Positions 37,121-46,565 of a stretch of 64,000 nt of DNA are shown here, piece after piece. The notes below the pieces were generated by a model. That model saw only the letters and a list, made by a program, of their open reading frames with translations. It had not been told where the DNA came from and did no database searches. Source of the stretch: an uncultured virus (IMG/VR IMGVR_UViG_2585428076_000002) (taxonomy: Duplodnaviria > Heunggongvirae > Uroviricota > Caudoviricetes); IMG/VR virus record IMGVR_UViG_2585428076_000002. One strand, written 5' to 3'. Position numbers and translations under genes: made by a program. Position 1 is the stretch's first letter. Each line of letters starts with the position of its first letter.

Positions 37121-37372
37121 TTCGATCTCGCGCACCAGCTCACCCGGCGTAGCGAGGTCGTCCTGTTCGTCAAAGTATTTCAGACCGGCCTTAGCCACCT
37201 CAGCGGGGGCGGTCACACAGCCCTTGATAAGAGCGTCGGCGTACTTCGCCGTGTTCTTCCTGCCGTTGGCAGGGTTGATGTAGAGGTCGGTCAGGTTGGA
37301 ATACCACGTGAAATTTACACTTTGCAGCTGGTACTCAACGTCGTTGACGACGACGGTTTTTGTTCTTGCCAT
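37082..37372 (-). CDS. Tail assembly chaperone
   Basis: 96 aa between tube and tape measure genes; GAGGAGG RBS. Confidence 0.7.
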   Translation of the reverse strand: MARTKTVVVNDVEYQLQSVNFTWYSNLTDLYINPANGRKNTAKYADALIKGCVTAPAEVAKAGLKYFDEQDDLATPGELVREIESFLSERTKLQGR

Positions 37373-37386
37373 AGGTCAATCCTCCT

Positions 37387-37680
37387 CTGAAACATTGGCG
37401 TTTTATACATTACGCGCGCATAGGCGCGTTAGGGAGACGGAGATATACATTACTCTCTATTCTCCCTATTTACACACTCTATTAAGAATGAATGTTTCAA
37501 TGTTTCAAATACCTGCAAAAGCCAGTAACGGTGCGGGTTTGAGACGAAACATTGGCGATACATTGGCCGAAACATTGAAACATTCGGGGCTGAAACATCT
37601 GGTTGAATTTCCCGCCTAAACTTAGACTTTCGCGCCTAATACTTGAATTCGGGCGGGATGTTTCAACTCAATGTTTCAGC
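37387..37680 (-). repeat. Iteron-rich non-coding element copy 2
   Basis: Reverse-complement homolog of 15214-15541 with identical blocks of 23, 24 and 33 bp. Confidence 0.85.
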
Positions 37681-37682
37681 AA

Positions 37683-38072
37683 TTACAGCTGGATGTCGGG
37701 GATGAGGAACACGATGGAGACATCAGCGGCCTCCTTGCCTCTCGCCCTGTCAGGCAGCTTCTCCACCATGCAGTTCTGGGCGAAGAAAACGGAGCCGCTG
37801 TCGTTGGCATCCGTGATAGCAAGGTTCGCCATCACGTTCTTCTCGGCGCACTGCTCAAGGTACGCCACGTCAGGAGAATCCTGCAACAGCGTGATGGTGA
37901 GCTTGCCCGCCTTGTTCGCATTCAGGATGTAGGTGCTGTCGCCCTTTACACCCTTTTTCAGCGTGACGTTGGCCTCGTCACGGGCCAGCGTGAACATACT
38001 CTCGCCGAACATACGGAGCTGCCGGTTGTTGAAAGACACATTGACTTTCATCGGGTCAAACGTAGCTAACAT
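37683..38072 (-). CDS. Tail tube protein (DUF3277-like)
   Basis: TFDP..V...G.LTITLLQDSP motif; follows the sheath gene. Confidence 0.8.
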   Translation of the reverse strand: MLATFDPMKVNVSFNNRQLRMFGESMFTLARDEANVTLKKGVKGDSTYILNANKAGKLTITLLQDSPDVAYLEQCAEKNVMANLAITDANDSGSVFFAQNCMVEKLPDRARGKEAADVSIVFLIPDIQL

Positions 38073-38086
38073 GGTCTATCCCTCCT

Positions 38087-39562
38087 TTACAGCGTCGCAC
38101 GGAGGACGCCTTTGGTTTTTACCTGATGGACCGCGCCTGCCAGCTGAGCCTCCCACGTGATGTCCGGCATCACACGGTTGCGGCGCTGGTCTTCGGTGCT
38201 CTCCGCATACTTCGGGATGACAACGGTGAACACGCCGGTCTTGCTCTCCGGGTCGCGGGCGATGATATTGAGGTCTGTGGCCTCTGCCAGAGCCTGCAAC
38301 ACTGCCGTGCCAATCATGCCGAACCCGTCATCACCATAGTTGATGTTAGCGTTTTCAAGCAGGATGTCGTAGAGCAGGTCGCGCATACGTTTGGCGATCC
38401 AGTCCCCGCCGAGAACCACGTCGATGAACTCACCGTTGAGGCAAGTGCCGTCCTTGACGTACTGGCGCTTGTACTCCTCGGTCAAGAAGTTCACGTGGTT
38501 TTCAAGCAGGGTCTCCCGCTCGCCGTCGGTGAGCAGGGGGAGCGTGATGAGCTTGGTCGTGGAGGCGTTGCCGTCCTGCGGACGCTTGAACTTCCACGTT
38601 ACGCTTGTGGGATAGAACGGCCCCACGTTGCCCGTATAGGAGGCGTCAGGCTCCTCATTCAGATTGTCTGCATCGGCGTAGATGACAGCGGCGCGGGCGG
38701 TGTTGCACACGAACGCCTTGTTGCTGGTCTGGCCCATGTAGAACTTGCGGTGGTCTTCCACGCCCGCGCCCAGCTCTGCCTCGCTTGGCTCGCTGGCCTC
38801 TGCAAACTTCGCCAGAGCGATGACATACTCGTCCTCGTCCTTGTCGGTCAGGAGATAGTACCAGTCGTTGTCAACCTCGGACTGGAACTTCTTAATCTGC
38901 TCGATGAAGCTCTCCGCAGCGGTTTTCGCGTCCTTGCCGTTGGTGAACTTGGCGGTAGGAGCGGTACACTCGGTAGTCACGGGCTTGGACAGGTGCTCAT
39001 CGGTGAACACGTCCACGGTTTCGGGAATAGTGTCTGCTTCGCCCTCCTCGGTGGCGGTAAAGGTCACGGTCGCATCGGACACCGCAGCGGAATAGGTCTT
39101 GCCGCCTTTGGTGAAACTTGTGCTGTTGAACAGTGCGGCGAGGTCGTTTGCAGAGGACACAGCGGAAGACGTGGTGATCTTTACAACGGCCTTGCTGTCC
39201 CCGCCAAAACGGAACCAGAGGCTCTTTTTTGTGGCGATGTCAATAGACCCGCTAAAAGTGCAGACGAGCTTTGCGGCCGCAGCCACAACGGGGCTGGCGG
39301 GGTCAAAGCTGACGATTTTGAACTTGCTCACGAGGCTGGTAGCCAGCGTGGTCTTGCCCTGATTAAGCAGGGTGGTAGCCTTGCGCACGACCTTTGCGTT
39401 AGGGCAAGCACCCTCCGGGCCGTACACGGCTTTTACGCTCTCAACATCTCTGTACGTTCCGACCGGATAATCCCCGGTGGTAGATACAAGGAGAATGTCG
39501 AGGCTTTCTTTCTCGCTGGGCAGCGCGTCCCGCTGCACAACGACAATTACGTCTTTTGCCAT
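38087..39562 (-). CDS. Tail sheath protein (DUF3383-like)
   Basis: TWKFK, GEFIDVVLGGDW, AGAVHQV motifs. Confidence 0.85.
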   Translation of the reverse strand: MAKDVIVVVQRDALPSEKESLDILLVSTTGDYPVGTYRDVESVKAVYGPEGACPNAKVVRKATTLLNQGKTTLATSLVSKFKIVSFDPASPVVAAAAKLVCTFSGSIDIATKKSLWFRFGGDSKAVVKITTSSAVSSANDLAALFNSTSFTKGGKTYSAAVSDATVTFTATEEGEADTIPETVDVFTDEHLSKPVTTECTAPTAKFTNGKDAKTAAESFIEQIKKFQSEVDNDWYYLLTDKDEDEYVIALAKFAEASEPSEAELGAGVEDHRKFYMGQTSNKAFVCNTARAAVIYADADNLNEEPDASYTGNVGPFYPTSVTWKFKRPQDGNASTTKLITLPLLTDGERETLLENHVNFLTEEYKRQYVKDGTCLNGEFIDVVLGGDWIAKRMRDLLYDILLENANINYGDDGFGMIGTAVLQALAEATDLNIIARDPESKTGVFTVVIPKYAESTEDQRRNRVMPDITWEAQLAGAVHQVKTKGVLRATL

Positions 39563-39577
39563 TTGGCGATTCCTCCT

Positions 39578-40108
39578 TTATTGCTTAATATCCCCTATGG
39601 GGTTTCCCGGACGCTCCACCAGAGTGGCGGGCATCGTGTCGGTTCGTACATAGGAGAAGCGAATATCGAACCCGTACCTGCGTATCGTGTCCTCCACGAA
39701 AAAGCTGGATCGGCTTGCGACTGACCCCACATTGACTATCACGACCTCGCCTTGCTCGGTTTGGATATTGTGGGCGTTGAGCAGGAAAAAACCGTTTGCC
39801 TTTTCCGCGAGTTCAAGTGCCTCGTCCTCGCCAAAGATGTAGCCGTCCTCGGTTTCCCGATTCGTGCTGCAAAAGGTGAACGACATGGTAGCCGACACCT
39901 GTTCGGAACGGACGAGCAGCGGCCCGTCGGGAGTTTCAATAATCTCCCGCAAGCCGAACGAATACTCCGGTATTCTCGGAGCGAGAACGCTGTAATAGCA
40001 GTACGGGTATTCGGGCATATCTGCGATTTGCTCTGACAGGTTGACAGGACAGCCGATGTGGGCCTCCAACCCAGACACAATCGCGTTACGGGCCTGAGCG
40101 AACGTCAC
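39578..40108 (-). CDS. Neck/tail terminator protein
   Basis: P.YPYC.Y..L motif; precedes the sheath gene. Confidence 0.65.
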   Translation of the reverse strand: MTFAQARNAIVSGLEAHIGCPVNLSEQIADMPEYPYCYYSVLAPRIPEYSFGLREIIETPDGPLLVRSEQVSATMSFTFCSTNRETEDGYIFGEDEALELAEKANGFFLLNAHNIQTEQGEVVIVNVGSVASRSSFFVEDTIRRYGFDIRFSYVRTDTMPATLVERPGNPIGDIKQ

Positions 40109-40458
40109 TTTTTCACCCCCTCCACGATATAGCGGACCATCGGGTGGATGGAATTGTGGGAGAGTTCCTGCGTGACGGTGTATTTCTGCCCGTCGTAGGT
40201 GTCCAGAATGATTTGCCCCGGCTTAATTTCCACGGGGTCATCGGTGTAGAGCTTCTGAGAATTGTACGTGTACGACCCCTCCGGCAAGCGTTTCAAGTCC
40301 AAGTTGGAAAGCGGCATCACAATCCCCCAAAAGGACGTTACCGGCTCGTCAACAGGTCTGGACTGCCCGCCGGCTGCGGGGTCGCGCACGAACGTCCTGT
40401 TGGAAACTGTCAGTATGTGCAGTAGCGCCCTCGGCAGTTTTGGAGTTGCGAAAAACAT
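40105..40458 (-). CDS. Head closure protein
   Basis: DLKRLPEG motif; synteny. Confidence 0.6.
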   Translation of the reverse strand: MFFATPKLPRALLHILTVSNRTFVRDPAAGGQSRPVDEPVTSFWGIVMPLSNLDLKRLPEGSYTYNSQKLYTDDPVEIKPGQIILDTYDGQKYTVTQELSHNSIHPMVRYIVEGVKK

Positions 40459-40461
40459 GGG

Positions 40462-40893
40462 TCATACCTCCTCAACCTTGTATGTGATACGGTCGCGGAT
40501 ATGCGTACCGGTCTCATACAGCGTCGTGTGCTGCGTTTTCTTGGTGAAATCCGACTGCGGCTTTACCCGATTGTCGTCAATGAAGTTCTGCACCATCTGG
40601 GCCGCCTGAGCGCCAATGGCGTTGGCGGCGGCATCTGCGGAGGTCTGTCCAGACAGCACCTTTCCGATTGCGCCCGACACGATTTCACCCAGCTTGGCTT
40701 GGTCTGCATCAAAGCTCGCCCGGATAAAGGACCGTTCCGGCAGTTTCTCTGTGCCGTACTCGTGGGCGATGGCGATTTTTAGAACTTCGGAATCTACGCC
40801 GCCGACAAGACCCACGAGGATCTTCTTGCCGGCCATATCGTCGCAGGCTTTTTTCAGCCGCTCGAAATCGTTCAGGATAACATTGACATCCAT
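40462..40893 (-). CDS. Neck/morphogenesis protein
   Basis: HEYGT..LPERSFIR...TLYETG. Confidence 0.7.
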   Translation of the reverse strand: MDVNVILNDFERLKKACDDMAGKKILVGLVGGVDSEVLKIAIAHEYGTEKLPERSFIRASFDADQAKLGEIVSGAIGKVLSGQTSADAAANAIGAQAAQMVQNFIDDNRVKPQSDFTKKTQHTTLYETGTHIRDRITYKVEEV

Positions 40894-40895
40894 AA

Positions 40896-41519
40896 TCAAT
40901 ACCTCCGATACAGGTTTACGAGCTGCATCCACTCCGATTTCTGTGTCTTGTCAAAGTTCCACGTCACATCGGAGATGGAGAACGAGCTGAGGCCCTGCGA
41001 CCCGTTTTGCAGGTTCGTGTACGCCTGCGACACCATATCCCACACAAGCCCCTCAAGGTCTGCGGGGAGGGTCTGCGGCTCGTCATCGGTGGCGTCTTTC
41101 GGCAGGACGTACCCAGCCGTGTAGCTCACCTCGATAACGCGCTTCGGCGCAACGATGTCGTACGCCAGACCTTTTCGATACCCGGCTTTCATCCATCCCT
41201 CGTCACGGTAGATAACTCCCACATCTCCGGTTTGAGAATAGTCATAGCGGTTCGGGTTTACCAATCGGCCCTCCTCCTTGACATACTCAACGCTGATGAT
41301 GGGGTATTCTACCGTGACGAGTTCCTGCTGCCCATCCGCATCGTACCACTGACGGTACGAGCGTTTGCCCAAATGTCTGCCGGTCTGACGCTCAATCCAC
41401 GAAGAAGCCTTATTTATCAGCAGTTCGACAATTAGGTTGACCTTTTCGTCCTCGATGTCGGATAAGCCGAGCATTAGCTTCATTCGTTCAAGGGTAGTCA
41501 ATGCGTTCTCTGCAAGCAT
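40896..41519 (-). CDS. Head-tail connector protein
   Basis: LTTLERMK..L...AS.WIE..TGR; V.YTAGY...LPADL. Confidence 0.75.
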   Translation of the reverse strand: MLAENALTTLERMKLMLGLSDIEDEKVNLIVELLINKASSWIERQTGRHLGKRSYRQWYDADGQQELVTVEYPIISVEYVKEEGRLVNPNRYDYSQTGDVGVIYRDEGWMKAGYRKGLAYDIVAPKRVIEVSYTAGYVLPKDATDDEPQTLPADLEGLVWDMVSQAYTNLQNGSQGLSSFSISDVTWNFDKTQKSEWMQLVNLYRRY

Positions 41520-41547
41520 AAGGGCCTCCTAAATGGGGCAACGACGG

Positions 41548-41685
41548 CTATTCGCCGTCGTCGCTGTCTTCTTTCGGCTCGTCCTTTTCGACGGGCTTGG
41601 TGGTTCTGGTGCGCTTAGTCTCCTTTGCGGGGACCTCAGCCTTGTTGTCGGTAGGACCCGGCTGCTGTTTATACACGCGAGACAT
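41548..41685 (-). CDS. Small charged protein (45 aa, not in ORF track)
   Basis: MSRVYKQQPGPTDNK...; AAGGAGG RBS. Confidence 0.5.
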   Translation of the reverse strand: MSRVYKQQPGPTDNKAEVPAKETKRTRTTKPVEKDEPKEDSDDGE

Positions 41686-41697
41686 AATCAGCCCTCC

Positions 41698-42111
41698 TTA
41701 CACGGGCTGGACGGCATTGTCGCCCAGCGCAATCGCACAGGTGGCTTCGCACTTGGGAGACGTGCCGCCGGTGCAGTTCACGGTGACGGTAATCTTGATG
41801 AACTTCTTACAGCCCGCAAGGTCAAGGTCGAGGTTGTGCAGCTCGTTGCCGGACTTGTCGACGGTGAGGGTGATAGCGCCCTCGCCATCGGCAGTGTGGT
41901 CAACGAACACATCTTTGTCCTCGACAGCGGTATAGCTGCCGCTCTGAGTGTCGCACTCAGTAACGGCAATCTTCACGGTGATTCCGGTAGGATCGCCTGT
42001 GGGTGCGCCGAGGGACACAGCGAGAACCCCCGAAAGGAATCTCTCGCGGTCGATGGCGTCCCCGCTCTTATAAGGAATCACTTTGGTGTTTTGGATGAGT
42101 TCTCTTTTCAT
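41698..42111 (-). CDS. Putative capsid decoration protein
   Basis: 137 aa beta-rich ORF directly after the major capsid gene. Confidence 0.55.
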   Translation of the reverse strand: MKRELIQNTKVIPYKSGDAIDRERFLSGVLAVSLGAPTGDPTGITVKIAVTECDTQSGSYTAVEDKDVFVDHTADGEGAITLTVDKSGNELHNLDLDLAGCKKFIKITVTVNCTGGTSPKCEATCAIALGDNAVQPV

Positions 42112-42130
42112 GTTCAGTTACCTCCTCACT

Positions 42131-43660
42131 TTACACAGGGACGGAGACCTTAGTAGCCACGGCAAAGCTCTCGTCGTGGCGCAGGCCGGTGTCCACGTTG
42201 TTGATAGCACGGATGAGGGTCTGGTCGTTCTCGAAAGCGGAAACGAGGTTGCCCGCGTCATCCGTCCAAGAACCCTCGCGGCTGGTTTCGATTTCCAGTG
42301 CGCCCTGCTCGCCGATAACGAGGTCGTTCCAGTTGCCGAACACAATCTGGGTCTTGCCGCCGGTGGTTTCGAGCAGGTTGGTGGTCTTGTAGGGGTAGCC
42401 CACCAGAGTACCGTTCTCATTCATCTCCTTAGCGAAGATGAAACCGCCGACCTCATCGCGCAGGGACTTGAAGAACTGCTCCACGCTGGTGTTGAACACG
42501 AAGCCCAGACCATCAGCATAAACATTGTTCTTCAAAACGGACGCCACCAGATAGTTCGGGAACGCAGCAGTCAGGACGCCCTGATTGCTGGAATACTCGG
42601 TATCAATGCTGGTAACGTCGATGTTGAGCACACCCTTGTTCTTGGTGATGCCCAAAGGCTGGAACTCGCCGCCGGTGCCGAGCAGTGCGCCGTAGTCAAC
42701 ACCCAGAGCCATCTGCTTGGTAACGTCCTGACCGACGATGACATCATTGTCAAAGTTGGTGGAGCGGAGCAGGTCGTTGCTCATGGGGATGAGGGCGGTC
42801 AGCTTCTTGGCAGACAGCTTGAGGTTGCCGAACTTGGGTGCGCTGCGGGAAATAGCGCGGTTCTCACCGGCAAACAGAGCACGGGAGCCGGTCTTAATCT
42901 TGGGGATGTTCAGGTTGCCGTTCGCCATCCCCAGACGGCGGGCGCCGAGGCTGTAAATGACGGTGGACGGATAGAGCAGCTCGATGATCTCGTTGGCGTA
43001 CACCTCGGGAACGAGGTAGCCGCCGTCAGCGGGAACAGTAGCGGACAGCGCCTTGAACTCGTGCGCCATATCCGCATCGCCGAACTTGCGCTCGGCGGTG
43101 AAAGCCGCTCTCTCGATGTCGCCGCCAGAGGCGTGGATGCACTTCACAGCGCGGCCAAACATACCGTATACAGTCTTGCGGCGCTCAGGCGCGGACATGG
43201 ACGCGATACGGGTCTGGAAAGAGTTCTGCTTCACGCCGTCGGGACCGGAGCCGGTAGAAAGAAACAGGTTGGCATACTTGCGCTCGGGCTGCTTCTGAAC
43301 ACCGGGGCCGCCGGACTTCTTCTCGCCAGCGCCAGTGGCGCTCTTGACGCCCTGACCCTCAAGGGCCGCGATGATGGCGGCGATGAGTTCAGGGGAAACG
43401 CCCTCGCCCTCTCCCTTATCACCACCAACAGGGTCGGCAGTAGGAGCGGGAGCGGGATTGGCAGCGGGGTCATTGGTGGCGGTGGGGTCAGCCACGCCGC
43501 CCTCACCCTCAAGGATAGCGGTCACTTCCGCAAGGATCTCCTCGGTAGAAATGCCGTCAGACACGGCCTCGCCTTTCTCCTTGCAAGCCTTTCGCTTCTC
43601 GTCGAGGTTGGTAAACACTTTGGCAATCAGCTCAGCGAGCTGTTCCTGAGTAAGTTTCAT
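42131..43660 (-). CDS. Major capsid protein (HK97 fold)
   Basis: DGGYLVPE, AKKL.ALIPMSNDLL, FGNW; N-terminal delta-domain-like region. Confidence 0.92.
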   Translation of the reverse strand: MKLTQEQLAELIAKVFTNLDEKRKACKEKGEAVSDGISTEEILAEVTAILEGEGGVADPTATNDPAANPAPAPTADPVGGDKGEGEGVSPELIAAIIAALEGQGVKSATGAGEKKSGGPGVQKQPERKYANLFLSTGSGPDGVKQNSFQTRIASMSAPERRKTVYGMFGRAVKCIHASGGDIERAAFTAERKFGDADMAHEFKALSATVPADGGYLVPEVYANEIIELLYPSTVIYSLGARRLGMANGNLNIPKIKTGSRALFAGENRAISRSAPKFGNLKLSAKKLTALIPMSNDLLRSTNFDNDVIVGQDVTKQMALGVDYGALLGTGGEFQPLGITKNKGVLNIDVTSIDTEYSSNQGVLTAAFPNYLVASVLKNNVYADGLGFVFNTSVEQFFKSLRDEVGGFIFAKEMNENGTLVGYPYKTTNLLETTGGKTQIVFGNWNDLVIGEQGALEIETSREGSWTDDAGNLVSAFENDQTLIRAINNVDTGLRHDESFAVATKVSVPV

Positions 43661-43678
43661 TTCAAATTCCTCCTTGTG

Positions 43679-44404
43679 TTACGGGATAATCTCGAAGACA
43701 ATCTCCGATTTCTTGGTTTGCTTGACGGGGTTGTTGGACTTCACGATGTTGTTCTGCACAGGCGGGTCATCAGGTGCGGTGGGTTCCAGAAACGGGCCGA
43801 GAATGTCAGCCAGCTCACGGACTACCGCGATGAAAGGCTTCAAAGCGTCCAGTCTTGCGCGGGTGATTTTGCCCGTTTTGACTTCGGTTCTAAGGCCCTC
43901 CACCAAAGACTTGACCTCATCAATTTTAGCTTGGTCGTTCATCGCCCAAGTGACGATGGAAACTTCCCAGAGCTTGATTTCTTTCAGCCGGCGCACACCC
44001 TGCTCGCTGTCGTAATCGAACTCAACAGCGTCATAGCCAATGGACAGCTCATTTAGAACGCCGTCTTTCATAAGCGTCTGAATATCGCGGCCTTTGGCGG
44101 TGTCGCTGATTTTGCCCCGGATGAAAAGACCCTTATCATCTTCACGCAATTCCAGCGGCTTGCCGATGGGCAGTTCGCAATCGGTGTGTTGCGACAAGAT
44201 TTTGATGCGGTCAAAATCCTCCCTGATGGTCTTGGAGAATGCGCCTTTTTCGATGATGTCGCCGCCGCTGTCCTTGTTCCCAAACACAGCTGCGTACCCG
44301 GAGAACTCGCCGCTCTCGTCCGCGCTTTCCAGCTCGAACTTAAACGACTTATACTCGCGGGTTGCCGGCGCTTTTCCAGCAGTACGTTTTCCCTTGCTTG
44401 CCAT
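43679..44404 (-). CDS. HK97-family prohead protease
   Basis: FSGYAAVFGNKD..GDII.KGAF, LSIGY, LWEVSIVTW. Confidence 0.92.
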   Translation of the reverse strand: MASKGKRTAGKAPATREYKSFKFELESADESGEFSGYAAVFGNKDSGGDIIEKGAFSKTIREDFDRIKILSQHTDCELPIGKPLELREDDKGLFIRGKISDTAKGRDIQTLMKDGVLNELSIGYDAVEFDYDSEQGVRRLKEIKLWEVSIVTWAMNDQAKIDEVKSLVEGLRTEVKTGKITRARLDALKPFIAVVRELADILGPFLEPTAPDDPPVQNNIVKSNNPVKQTKKSEIVFEIIP

Positions 44405-44439
44405 ACGGTTTTCCTCCTTTCCTCAGAGTTTAGGGCATC

Positions 44440-46557
44440 TTAAAAACCGCCGTATGTCAGATAACACCGGCAGTTGATAAGCTCCTCGGGGCGAGGGTCA
44501 TTCGGGTCACGCGGATAGCGCAGCCCGTTTGAGAACTTGGCGTCAATCGCCACCGTCTCGCCGTCCAATATGACGTGGTTCGGTCCGTGAGAGCCATCAC
44601 GAGGATTTTTCTGCGGCCTGTGATGCCACGTCTTTGTCTTAGCACCGGCGGCTTTCATTGTGTCAAATTGACCTGTCGCCAGTGCGGTCATGGTTTCCTG
44701 TCGGGCAATCAGCTTTGCCCGTGCTTTGGTTGCGCCCATCGTGTCCTGAATGGATTCACGCAGGCTGATTTGGCTGAGACCCTCAGAGACACCACGAACG
44801 ATGATGTCCGCAATCTTGTCCCGTGTGGTGCGCTCGATACCAACAATGCGCTTGCCGCCATTGATTTTGGCAGACGATACGAACTCTGGGCGGTCAAGGC
44901 TTGTCAAGCCGTAGTTTTCCTCGCTGAGCGCAGCCCCGTCGTCGTAGGTCTTGCGCCACAGAGGATTGAACAGGCCCATCAGCTTTTCAGCTTCTTTGTT
45001 CCAGTCGAGCAGCCCTGCCGCTATTGCGTCGGCAAGCCGCTGCTGTTCAATCTCGGGCAGCTGCGCCCACAGGTCGGGGTCAAATGTGCCGTCTGGGAGC
45101 AGATATTCGGACAGCTCCGAGAACACGTCAGAGGCATCGGCCTTTACCGTGTTGCCGAGGGCTGCTGCTATCGCGGCCTGCTGGTCAGCAAAGTGTTTGG
45201 ACACCGCTGCCTCAAACAGCCGCTCGTTTTTCTGTACTGCCACAGCTTCACGCCGCAGCATGGCTGCGACGTTCATGCGGCGGGATTTCTCGCCATACAC
45301 AGGACCGTCAGACAGCGCTGCCAGATCCTCCTGCATCATGGACTGCGACAGCTCTGCGGGGTCGTCTGTTTCGTTCAGGAACAGGTCGTTGATGGAAACC
45401 TTGTAGACATCCCCGCCGTCAACGTCAGGCAGGTCGAGCAGCTCTCTTGCCTCGTTCTTGGTGATGAGGCCGGCGTTGTAGGCGTCAAGTGCTTTACCTT
45501 TGTCAAACTCCTTATCGTAGGGGATAACAGGGTCAAAGCGCCACACAAGCCCGCTCCCAAACATCGGGAGAAGCTGCGTGTTGATTGCCTCCTCACGCAT
45601 CCGAATCCTCGATGTCAGGACGTTCTTGGCGTAAATGTACTGCGCTGCGTCAGCGGTGGAGCGGTTGCTGTTCTCGGTAATGCCCATGATTTCACGAGGA
45701 ACACCGAAGTGTTCGAGAACTGCGTCTCGCATGGCAATACGGCTCTCAATGAAGCCGAGGTTCTTACCATCGGTGCTGCCAAGCTCCTTTACATCGACGT
45801 TGCCGGAGAGGGCTGCCGCACGGTGGCTGTTCTCTACGCCCCGGTGCTTCTGATTCCAGCGGGCCAGAAAAGCGTTCCGCTGCTCATCAGTAGCGTCAGG
45901 CATGAGGAATACCACGGGCGGTGTAGCGTCGTTATAGAAGAACCGCTTTTGGAACTTGGCGGCATATTCGTCGATTTCCACCTCGTCCGCGATGCTTTCC
46001 GCAATACCCAGACCGCGCAGGAAAGGGTCGAGCGGGTTCAGCTGCTTCATCACGAACATATCGTCAACCGGCACGGTCATTGTCAGCCCGCCCGACGAGA
46101 CGATTTGGTACGTGGGGTTGCCGAGGTACGGCGTCAGCTTCACCCAATGCGGAGGCACGTTCCACAACTCTACCGGCCTGCCGCGTTCATCCCGCTCGAT
46201 GAGGAAGAAACTCTCACCCACGAGCATGAGATAGATTTCATGCAGCCGCCAGATCGCCGAACTCGTCATCTCGTACAGCGGGTTCGGGTGGTTCATAAAG
46301 TCAAGGAACGGGTGGCTTGTCACCTCAACCTCTGTCCCGTCCTCCTCAACACGCATCAGCTTTCCGCTGATGTTTGCGAGGTCGCTTGCGATACGGTCAA
46401 CGACCGCAAGGCGGGGACTGGTTGAAAACATATTCAGCCATTCGGCTGTGTTCATAGAGGGCGGTCTTGCCCAGCGCGAGACGAAACTGTCGCTGCCGCC
46501 CTGATAAGCGTCTCGCACCTGTTTTCGTCTGGTTATTTCGATATTGAATATTCTCAT
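44440..46557 (-). CDS. Portal protein fused to a Mu gpF-like minor head domain
   Basis: HK97-type portal (PNPL, FFYNDATP, FGVP, ITKNEARE) plus C-terminal RAKLIARQET..H..LDGE..INCRC. Confidence 0.88.
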   Translation of the reverse strand: MRIFNIEITRRKQVRDAYQGGSDSFVSRWARPPSMNTAEWLNMFSTSPRLAVVDRIASDLANISGKLMRVEEDGTEVEVTSHPFLDFMNHPNPLYEMTSSAIWRLHEIYLMLVGESFFLIERDERGRPVELWNVPPHWVKLTPYLGNPTYQIVSSGGLTMTVPVDDMFVMKQLNPLDPFLRGLGIAESIADEVEIDEYAAKFQKRFFYNDATPPVVFLMPDATDEQRNAFLARWNQKHRGVENSHRAAALSGNVDVKELGSTDGKNLGFIESRIAMRDAVLEHFGVPREIMGITENSNRSTADAAQYIYAKNVLTSRIRMREEAINTQLLPMFGSGLVWRFDPVIPYDKEFDKGKALDAYNAGLITKNEARELLDLPDVDGGDVYKVSINDLFLNETDDPAELSQSMMQEDLAALSDGPVYGEKSRRMNVAAMLRREAVAVQKNERLFEAAVSKHFADQQAAIAAALGNTVKADASDVFSELSEYLLPDGTFDPDLWAQLPEIEQQRLADAIAAGLLDWNKEAEKLMGLFNPLWRKTYDDGAALSEENYGLTSLDRPEFVSSAKINGGKRIVGIERTTRDKIADIIVRGVSEGLSQISLRESIQDTMGATKARAKLIARQETMTALATGQFDTMKAAGAKTKTWHHRPQKNPRDGSHGPNHVILDGETVAIDAKFSNGLRYPRDPNDPRPEELINCRCYLTYGGF

Positions 46558-46565
46558 TTCACACC

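Noticed and set aside
15214..37680. The inverted 300-bp repeats as the ends of the inverted segment
   Set aside because: Gene order is intact across both copies; the strand switches and split gene map to 6275 and 18146 instead
38126..46425. Long + strand ORFs (532, 657, 616 aa) and similar ones elsewhere, e.g. 26694-28559 and 3528-5147
   Set aside because: Antisense shadows of well-supported genes in GC-rich DNA, with no motifs or RBS
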